A DNA stretch of 64,000 nt. Origin: Lama glama. Taxonomy: Eukaryota. The stretch is from the NCBI GenBank assembly GCA_028534125.1, contig CM052818.1:13828001-13892000 (forward strand), written 5' to 3'. Shown in pieces: positions 51,076 to 60,425 of the stretch. Positions within the stretch are counted from its first letter, which is position 1, and each line of letters begins with the position of its first letter. A model generated the notes under the pieces. That model had not been told where the DNA came from. It was given only the letters and a program-made list of their open reading frames with translations, and searched no databases. Both the position numbers and the translations under genes were made by a program.

Positions 51076-51279
51076 CCATGAATGACCTGGTGCAGTCCAT
51101 GGTCCTAGCAGGAGGACAGTGGACAGGTAGTACTGAGAATTTGGAGGTTCCTGATGATATTTCAACGGGTAAAAGGAGAAAAGAATTGGGAGCTATGGCC
51201 TTCTCTACTACAGCCATCAACTTTTCAACTGTCAACTCTTCTACAGGCTTCAGATCCAAGCAGTTGGTTAATAATAAAG
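51076..51279 (+). CDS. CCDC88A: CCDC88A exon (~27): MNDLVQSMVLAGGQWTGSTENLEVPDDISTGKRRKELGAMAFSTTAINFSTVNSSTGFRSKQLVNNK
   Basis: gcatcccag acceptor; AAG|gtatag donor; 204 nt. Confidence 0.94.
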
Positions 51280-51859
51280 GTATAGGCCGTCTGCTATTTG
51301 CACTGTGGTGTAACAGGAATTTTAATTTGACTTTCCCATGTGTACTTTTTTGACAGCAACAACCTGAAATAATTATTAAGACAATCTGGATTTGATCTGA
51401 GGGAATTTTCAAATCATTTCAGAAATTTAAAACATCATACAAATAACTAAAATCTTTCCTAGACCTTTCATAATAAACAGTTAATGAATGAACAAGACAT
51501 GGAAAAGTAAACCAAGAAAAGGAGAGAGTGATAGAAGCTTTAAAAAAAAACAACTAAAAACCCTACAACATCAAACAGAGAGAGAACCATGTAGAACCAC
51601 CCAGGCTCTTGCTTTGCTCTGCAGGGTCACAGGGAAATTGTTTCAGTGCTTCTGATATTTTCCCTAAGCGAGTCAACTTTCATAAGAGTTATTCTGTTTC
51701 TTACTCCTACTTTCAGTTTCTGGTTGAGTCTATCAAATATGTTAAATCAAGATGTATTATACATGATTGAAAAAGAATTTCCATATTCTGCATAAATAAA
51801 ATTTTATGATTTTTCTTTGTTAAAAAATATTTTTATATCCATTTTGCTATTTTATGTAG

Positions 51860-51931
51860 ATACTACATCCTTTGAAGATGTAAGTCCACAAGGTATTAGT
51901 GATGATTCTAGTACGGGATCAAGAGTTCATG
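51860..51931 (+). CDS. CCDC88A: CCDC88A exon (~28): (D)TTSFEDVSPQGISDDSSTGSRVH
   Basis: tttatgtag acceptor; ATG|gtaaga donor; 72 nt. Confidence 0.92.
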
Positions 51932-52456
51932 GTAAGATATGAACTTTATTTAGAGAGTACATATTACATACAGAATGAGAATGCTAAGATTCTTGCATTG
52001 AACTGGTGAATGTGGCATTGCCAGCAAGCATGTTTTCGCTAACCTGCATCTCATAGCTACCTCTGCCATTTCTTCAAACCTAATACTTCCTTTTGCCTTT
52101 TTTAAGGTTATTGCTTCATCTAGTCTCTGTTCTAGTCAGGGTCATTTATAAAGTATGCCTGCACAATGCTTAAAGGTAATTTTGTTGCCATTTTGGTATA
52201 AAGTTAAAGTTATAAGAGAGAAATTTACCATTGATTTAAAAAATATTTACTTTGGTAAAGGATGAACTCTAAGAAACCACATTTTCTGCAGTGTTCATTT
52301 CAGATTTTTTAGTTTCTATCTGGAAATCACATCTTACCAAACTAAATTATTAACAAAAAATGGATAACATGTTAAAGGAATTTCATATGTAAGCAAGACT
52401 TTAAGAAGTAGGATAGGGCCATCTTAACTGTGCAACTGTTTCCCTTGTATGGATAG

Positions 52457-52543
52457 GAATACAGGATAGTAACTGTGCAGATGCTCGTATTCCTGCTGTT
52501 CGTGGCATCTCTGCAATGTGCAGGGTTCCTTGTCTGATCTGTT
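52457..52543 (+). CDS. Candidate 87-nt cassette exon: (G)IQDSNCADARIPAVRGISAMCRVPCLIC
   Basis: cttaac branch point, tgtttcccttgtatggatag acceptor, GTT|gtaagt donor; phase 1-1 and stop-free in the Girdin frame. No transcript evidence available. Confidence 0.4.
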
Positions 52544-52887
52544 GTAAGTGACCCAATCATTAGCTTTTTATTTTTTCCCTTTTCTTTTTTTGGGGCATGT
52601 CATTCTGTTCAACTAAAACAGCCTTGGTATCCATCTAGAAATCCATTTCTAAGTCTAATTATGCACTTTGCCTTCTTTTCTTTGACTCTCAGTTATTGTC
52701 TCAGAAATGTCCTGTTCTCAACTGTTTAAATGCCTTTGGTCTCTAATCTATAAGATTCAACTCTTTGTGGGCATGCTCAGTCTGTGAAAGTGCATGATTG
52801 CCTCCTCAGAGCATTCTGTGATCAGAATGTAAAGTTCAGTGTCTTCAGCTGGAAGTTTTATCACTGTCTCCTGATTTTCTCATTTAG

Positions 52888-52968
52888 CTTCGAGACCAGC
52901 CAGCCTTGATAGTGGCAGAACATCCACTAGCAATAGCAATAATAATGCTTCACTCCATGAAGTCAAAG
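52888..52968 (+). CDS. CCDC88A: CCDC88A exon (~29): (A)SRPASLDSGRTSTSNSNNNASLHEVK
   Basis: ttctcatttag acceptor; AAG|gtatgc donor; 81 nt. Confidence 0.93.
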
Positions 52969-54792
52969 GTATGCTGTAGGTGAATTTGTTAATATTTAAC
53001 TCCATCCATTTCCAGATTTAAAAGTGGGAGATTGATGGAGTTTCTGGGTTAAAGTATGAAATCCAAGTCAACTATGCTTTTGGACATAGTTCCTTGGAAT
53101 ACTTTATATTTCTCACATTGTAATACAAATGTACTTCAGTGTATACAGATGTAAAAACAGGAGCAGTCATTTTGGTTTCCATTTTTCATCTTCATAGAAA
53201 AAATATTTTTATTGTGATATTTATATTTCAAGAATATCTGTAGGTCCTTATTTTACTCATGTTTTGTCTTTATCATAAAAATGGTTGTCCTTAATTTTCT
53301 CATGATGCATGTACATTGAACTCAAGTGTTTTAGAAATACTTTTAGCTTAATTTATTCACAAAATGAGGGGGAATTTTTTTTTAATTTGAGAAGACAATT
53401 GTTTGTGGGTGAGTATGTGTAACAAGAGCCAAATGGACAACTATAGCTCATATAAAGAATTAGTTCAAGGTAGTTTTTCCCTTAATTTTTTAATATGCAT
53501 TTCAAGGTGAAGTTTTTCCTGTATATATCAGGAAGCATTGACTAATACTTTTTTCCTTAAAGGTATACTGCCTACTCAGATTCTGAAATTGTTAAATAGA
53601 TTATAAAAGTTTGTTAAAGTAGTTATTCTCTACAGTCCAGAATTGTTAATGAGTGCATTTGTTCTCTAGCTTTTAGTGTTATAAAATCATTTTGTGTCAG
53701 TTGTAATTTTATTTTATAACTAAAGCTATGACTTTTTTGCAGTGATCTAAAAAATCTGATTTCAAGGGGGGATTATTTTTTCATTTTTATAATCATGTTC
53801 TTTTATCCTATAGAAAAATACAGTCTGAAAATATTAAGTCTTTTCTGATTTGAAAATTAAAATTTTTTTTTTATAAAATGTTCCATATCTCGTGCCAAAA
53901 TCTTTCATGACCCGCTTTATTCTCTGTGATTAGGGAACCATGGAAAGTTGCATTTTCTTTCTTCATGCTGTACCTATACCATTTGCTCTTGATCAAAATG
54001 AATAAGCACTCTTAAGGAAGTATAAACTTTAGGGGGCTTTTTTCGAAAGGTAATTATTTGTATTCTGTACAGTTGCTCAACCTCAACTGAGTCTTTTAAG
54101 GCTGTATAGACACTATACCATGGAAAGCAGGGAGAATCAGATGATTCAGACATTAAATAAATAATAAAATACTACATATCTGATTTTTTATTTTTACTGG
54201 AATTTTCTAAGTAATTAAATTATGTCTCCATTTGACTTTCCTTAGATGCCTGCTCTTTAAACAAAAATATGTATTTCTTTAGAGTTGTTCATTTAGGATG
54301 AACAGAGAAGCTTTTAAGTAGGAATAAAGACCTCATGGGAAGTCAAAGAATTAGAATTTTTAGCACTTAGAAGAGTTCGTGGTTTAAGATTCTTAATTTA
54401 AAATTTATATCATGCTTTGTTCTAAACTGTGAAGTGTTTTACAGTTATTTGAACCTGAATTTTTTAAATATATTATTCACTTATTTATTTATTTACTCAT
54501 CAAATACATTGTGTGCTTGCTTTATATGTTTAGGTTCTGGGTATGGTGGTGAAAGCATATCTTTGCCGTCATGGAGCTTATTGTATTTGTCAATTTGACA
54601 AATAAGGAAGCAGGCTATGGTAGACAGTTGTTAGACTGATGAAAGATTAACATGGGTTACTAAGCATTTCTAAATAAAGTTTTGAAAGTCAGTTTGGCTA
54701 TTCATAAAAATCCAGTCAACAAATATCAATACTTACACAATTTTAATTTTATTTCTATTATTGAACTCTTAACACATCATTTACTCCAAAAG

Positions 54793-55052
54793 CAGGTGCA
54801 GTTAATATCCAAAGCAGGCCACAGAGCCACAGCAGTGGAGAATTTAGCCTGCTTCATGAGCATGAGGCTTGGTCCAGCAGTGGCAGCAGTCCAATCCAGT
54901 ACTTGAAAAGACAAGCCAGATCAAGTCCATTGCTCCAGCACAAGACAGTAGAGAGTCGTGCACATCACAAGATCAAAACTGGCTCCCCTGGAAGTGAAGT
55001 TGTTACTCTACAACAGTTTTTGGAAGAAAGCAACAAGCTTACCTCAATACAG
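54793..55052 (+). CDS. CCDC88A: CCDC88A exon (~30) with the GBA motif: (A)GAVNIQSRPQSHSSGEF...KTGSPGSEVVTLQQFLEESNKLTSIQ; alternative start at 54796
   Basis: AAGCAG tandem acceptor; CAG|gttagt donor; 260 nt. Confidence 0.93.
54975..55037 (+). other. CCDC88A: Coding segment for the G-alpha-i binding-and-activating (GBA) motif KTGSPGSEVVTLQQFLEESNK
   Basis: VTLQQFL core is the established GIV GBA motif. Confidence 0.93.
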
Positions 55053-55247
55053 GTTAGTTTTATACATGGTGACCTTAATTTAGACAGACACTACAAGTTA
55101 AATTTCTATGGTTGAACTTAAGAGAGCTTTTTTTTTTTGAGTTAAGGAGTGTTTAGAGACACTAGCAATTTTTTATTGTACCATCTTATATAGCAGGAAA
55201 ATAAAAGCACAGCTGTATTTGTTAATCTGCTGCTTTTTTTTAAACAG

Positions 55248-55710
55248 ATAAAGCCCTCAAGTCAAGAGAATCTTTTAGATGAAGTAATGAAAAGCTTGTC
55301 TGTCTCTTCTGACTTTTTGGGAAAAAACAAACCAGTTAGCTGTGGTCTGGCCAGGTCAGTAAGTGGAAAAACCCCAGGAGACTTCTATGATAGACGGACA
55401 ACTAAGCCTGAACAATTTGTGAGACCTGGTCCTCAAAAGACTGAAGATACCTTTTTCATTAGTTCTTCAGGAAAATCTACACTAGGCACTCAAGGAAAGA
55501 TAAAATTAGTAAAAGAAACTTCTCTTTCACGACAATCAAAAGATAGTAATCCTTATGCCACTTTACCTCGTGCAAGCAGTGTGATCTCTACTGCTGAAGG
55601 AACTACTCGAAGGACAAGCATCCATGATTTTTTGAGCAAGGACAGCAGACTACCTATGTCAGTTGATCCACCACCAGCTACTGCTGATAGCAACATCACT
55701 GCAGCATCTA
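55248..55710 (+). CDS. CCDC88A: CCDC88A exon (~31), canonical form: IKPSSQENLLDEVMKSLSVSSD...SNPYATLPRASS...TADSNITAAS
   Basis: tttttaaacag acceptor; CTA|gtgagt donor; 463 nt, phase 0 to 1. Confidence 0.94.
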
Positions 55711-56237
55711 GTGAGTACCGTTTACACCAGTGGTCCTCTCCTACACTTCACAGTCCCACATATGCTGTGGGTTCTCAAGCACAAAATGATTCAGACAAGC
55801 CCGAGTCTCTATATGCGCAGGCTAGAAACTCAAAAACAGGAAAGTCACATTTTCTAAACCAAACTTTTGCCACTATTAAGATATCTAAGGATATATTTGG
55901 AATATCAGCTAAAGATAGCGTAGGGTCCTTTACTGTGGCTCATCCATCTCAGCCATTTTTATCCCTGAATACAGAATTAGTTAGTAACATAAGTGGGTTA
56001 CCTCCCAGGCCAGTCACCAGAGTAACTGACCAGGCTTCAGCCTCTTTGAATAAAGTTGCACAGAAAGATAATGAACAGTTTTTTGGTAATCAGAATCATA
56101 GTAACAGTAACCCACAGTCTTCTGTAGATAGCAGTAATCTTACCACTCCTGCATGCCTCTATCCAGATGACACAGAAGCTGCATTGTTGGTTTCTGAGGA
56201 TAATCAAACTGTTTGGTATGAATATGGTTGTGTGTGA
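55711..56237 (+). CDS. CCDC88A: In-frame extension of exon 31 giving an alternative C-terminus ending ...EDNQTVWYEYGCV* (GIV-L-type isoform with a PDZ-binding motif)
   Basis: ORF 55287..56237 runs through the donor with no stop for 175 further codons and ends in the Daple/CCDC88C-like WYEYGCV. Confidence 0.88.
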
Positions 56238-57605
56238 TCAAAACTGCACAGTGATGATGTCATATGATATGCATTATGCTTCTCTAATTTGATTCGAAAA
56301 GCTGCTGTTGAAAACTATCATTTAGCTAGGTTTATATTTTTATTTTTAAACTGGCATAATGTTCAAGTGTACATTATGGCATGTATATAAATGTGATTGT
56401 GTAACCACAACAAAGCTTGCATGAAATATTAATTGCATTGTACATTTTCTGCATGACTTTAAAAACCTTAACAATAATGCTTCTCTTTGACACTTCTTGT
56501 CATCTAGTGAAAGATCATTACTTTGATATCTAGAAGCATGTTAAAATGGTTGCATGCTATAATTACCAAGGAGACATTTCCATGACATATTTACTTTGTT
56601 ACTTCCAAAAAACAATGCTCATTTTCTCCCTCCCTCTTTTGCTCCCCTTTCCTGCTCTCCCTCCCTCTCCTCCTCTCCTTTCTTTTTTTCCCAGAATGTG
56701 CACTTCATATTGCACATGTACAGTGATAGTAAGGAAAATATTTTTAAAAGATGTCATTTTCTTTTGCCATTTAATTATACCTTCTGCCCTGTTTTCTTTT
56801 CAAAGAAATAGTTAATAATTCAACACTTTATGTAGCAAATATTAACTACTGCCCATATTTATAAAATTGTTGAGATTTAAAGCTTTGTTAATATTCATAT
56901 ATTTAGTGTAATTCTTTTTTATAAAAAGAAACATCAAATTTAAATGTGACTGATACAGTGACTAGGAGCATTTGTATTCTATTTCTTCTCTGCACTTTTC
57001 TTCATCTGATAAATATAAGAGCTCAAGTACTATCTTTCCTTCAAGATTACTTTTTTACTTGGAATCAGTTAATAGTTTTTTCAGTTCTTCTTTTATATAG
57101 AGCCAAAGAGAAATAAAGCAAATCATGCTCAATGTGTTGGAAATTTGCATTTTTACGTCTGTTCAAAAAGGGTAGCAAGTTTACAAAGTTGTGAAGACGG
57201 TTACTTACATAATTCTGTAATTCATTTATTATTATTATTATTATTATACATGTCTGTCCTTAAAACAATTTTCTAAAATGAGTACACTGAGCTAAAATAA
57301 AATGTAAAATTAGTATTTGTAACAATTTAAACAAACAAGTATGTTTTTAGTAGAACAGATTTTAGAACTAAGAATAAATGTAAACTCTTAGCTAGAAAAT
57401 AATTATAAAAGATAGAGAAAATATTTGCTAACTCTGACTCATGTCATAAACTTTAAAATTATCTTGCTGTGGTCACAGAATCAGTTTACTTTGAATCTCT
57501 AACTCCCAGAATAAAACAAACAAAAAAAACAAACCCATAACCCTAATTCACTTACTTCCAGAGAAGTATAGCTTAGCTCTGTCTCTGGAATGTTTTTACC
57601 ATCTT

Positions 57606-57688
57606 TTTTTTTCATTGCATCTATTTTTTTCTTTTTCTTTTTTTTTCTTAGTTCAAGTATAGTCAATTATAATGTGTCAATCTCCAGT
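57606..57688 (-). mobile_element. Very short, truncated L1 3' end
   Basis: T-rich tail plus aagtatagtcaattataatgtgtcaatctccag; flanking repeat tttt(a/g)ccatctt. Confidence 0.55.
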
Positions 57689-58846
57689 TTTTGCCATCTT
57701 GATTCAGCCTAAATATTACTGACAGTAACTCAGACTGGCATCTAAAAGAAATGATTTGAAATGTAACTTTACACATGGGGAGGAAATTGTTATTTTATAC
57801 ATGTTGTTATGCTAAATTATTATTGTTATTAATTGGGCTAAAGAAAACAAAATGTACAGAGAAATCTTTGCTCAATGCAATTTATAGCCATAGTAAATTA
57901 AGCTATCCTCTTGTACTTATACAAGAGGGCTAGGCCTGTTCCATTTATTTCTTTGACCCTACTTTTTTTCTTATAGCCAGCTCTTACTGAAAATGGTTCT
58001 AGTGCAGGTAATCAGATGAACATAATCAGAAATTTTTCATATTTTTTAGTACCATCTTAAAATATATCTTACACATGAATATATGAATACATCAGTCTGT
58101 TTTATTGTTAGTTGTTTTAGTTAGTCCTAACATTTCAAATGTTTTTGGGAAGCCTTTTCTTTTTTCAAAACTTAATGGTAAATATAGGTGGGATTGGATG
58201 GGGCCATATGTGGTACAGATGTAATTTTTTTCCACATTGAGTCAAGGATTATTTCACAACCATTTCAACCTTTTAGATATTATAAATCTAGCCTTAAGCT
58301 TTAAGTTTAAAATATTAACTTTATGCAGAATATACTGAGAAATCATATGCTATTATAGCAAAAACTGTGATTATTTTACAAATAGACCTATAGGAAAGAA
58401 GTATTTCTAACTCAAGTGGCTATAGTTATACATACAGCATGTTTACAAAAAGAACTTAATACTGTGCATGTAAGACAGATAGATACATACCATGTCCACA
58501 TGTCTTAAAGACTGGCTGAGAAGACTTAGACTTCCTCCATAAACTGTCACTAGCTGTAGAGTCATAACATTTACCCAAACACTAGTTTCTTTCCTATGTT
58601 TCTTGATAGCACTTGGGATCCATTAGCAGTAGGAAGAATCTTATAAATAATATAGCACCAGCTTTTCCCAAACTTTAAAAAAATCAACATAATATTTTCT
58701 ATAAATGAAATCTTACAAAGATGCCCTGATTTAAAAAAAAATTTTTTTTTTGAGATAAAAGTGAAGCAACTCTGACTCAGTTGAGCAGCTGCACTTTTTT
58801 CCTCTAAGATATCTCCATAAATATCCCACGTCTTTGTATCGTATTA

Positions 58847-59297
58847 CAGGCATACCTCGTTTATTGCATCTTGCTTTATTGTATTTCGCTTAAAGTTTGT
58901 GGCAACCCTGTATCAAGCAAGTCTGTCTGTCAGTGCAATTTTCCCAACAGCATTTGCTCACTTCATGTTTGTCACATTTTGGTAATTCTCAAAATGTTTC
59001 AGACATTCTCATTATATTTGTTAAGGTGATCAGTGATCTTTGATGTTAGTATTGCAAAAAGATTGACTCACTGAAGGGCTCAGATGATGGTTAGTACTTC
59101 TTAGCATTAAGTATTTTTACTTAAGATATGTACATTGTTTGTAGACATAATGCTATTGCACACTTAATAGACTGTAGTGGGAACATAATTTTTATATGCA
59201 CTGGGATACTTAAAATTCACGTGACTTGCTTTATTGCAATATTCACTTTATTGAAGTGCTCTAAAACCAAACCTGCAGTATCTCCGAGGTATGCCTG
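58847..59297 (+). mobile_element. Non-autonomous Tigger1 internal-deletion derivative (451 bp, Tigger1a-like)
   Basis: Perfect 13-bp inverted termini CAGGCATACCTCG...CGAGGTATGCCTG with TA on both sides; both ends are homologous to the ends of the 16060-18362 element. Confidence 0.92.
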
Positions 59298-59814
59298 TAT
59301 TAGTACCCTAATTTTAGATGAAATTGAATAGCTTTCATATTCCTGGCTTAGGTTTCTAGAAATTATACCCTTATTATTTGTGATATTGTAAGTTAATTTT
59401 GTTCTGCATCAAGTCCCCTTTGATCAAAGCAGTTTTTGCTATTACAGTGTAAGTAGGTATTTTATTTCGCTATAAAATCTCCAGCCCTGGTTTTCTTAGT
59501 AAATAATACAAGTATTTCATTGTGGGTGTTTCTGCAGGCGCATGCAAGGTTATTTTTTACTTTAAAACTAGATGTGACCAATTAGTAAATAAACATAGTA
59601 AGTAAACCTATCTGACACTGAAAGGGCATAAATATATTATTTATAGCTTTTAAAATATAAGAATCAGTCTTTAAGTAATGAGATTCTATCAGATTAGTAA
59701 CATTTCAGAGTTAGATTCCTTCTCTTTGCCCTACTGAGTAAGAGCTTCTTATCTTCATGAATTGTGTTATGTTTAACCTTTGATTAAATAACATGAAATG
59801 CTTTTCTCCTGCAG

Positions 59815-59879
59815 ATGTGGACAAAGTACAAGAAAGCAGAAATTCAAAAAGCAGGTCTAGGGAGCAACAAAGCTCCTAA
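59815..59879 (+). CDS. CCDC88A: CCDC88A last coding exon (~32): (N)VDKVQESRNSKSRSREQQSS*; exon continues as UTR to 59914
   Basis: cttttctcctgcag acceptor; TAA at 59877-59879; GTG|gtgagt donor after 59914. Confidence 0.93.
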
Positions 59880-60425
59880 TTCTATTACCCACTACATGAC
59901 AAGTGGGCCAAGTGGTGAGTTTCTTGCTTAAAATGTAAATGAGATTAGTCTCATTTATACAAACTAACTGCATTAAGTATAAGAACAAGTGCACATTGCA
60001 TTAACAGATGTAAATATTGCTTGCTTAATTCATGACTTTCTGTCTTACTTACTAGTCAAGATTAGTTGATTCCCAAAAGTTTTTGCCTGTCAGTGCAGGA
60101 AACCAACCTTTAAAAATTATTTTTTTCCCCTTAAGTTCAATTTTGTTTTACTAATGAATGTTTTAGAAATTGCTTTTTCAGTTTGAAGTGTTTTTGTGTT
60201 AGGAATACAACTTCTGCAGTGTTCATGATAATTGAGAATAAACTAAATGCCTTTTCTGTGAAGAGCCACTTAAAAGTTGTCTCTGACTTTCTGTCACTTT
60301 CTTATTCCTATAGAAATATCTGGTGCATGCTGTTCTTTTAGTGGCTGCTCTGTATTTTATATCTCTCTTATCTTCATGCTTTTCTTATATTTTCTTTCTT
60401 CTTTCTACCTTCCAACTAAATACAG

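Noticed and set aside
55053..55247. 195-nt intron (and the 225-nt intron at 35938-36162) as in-frame retained introns
   Set aside because: Lengths are multiples of 3, but each has an in-frame stop (TGA ending at 55115; TAA ending at 35941).
56226..56237. C-terminal GCV as a CaaX prenylation signal
   Set aside because: Cys is the second-last residue, not the fourth-last; it fits the Daple-type PDZ-binding motif instead.
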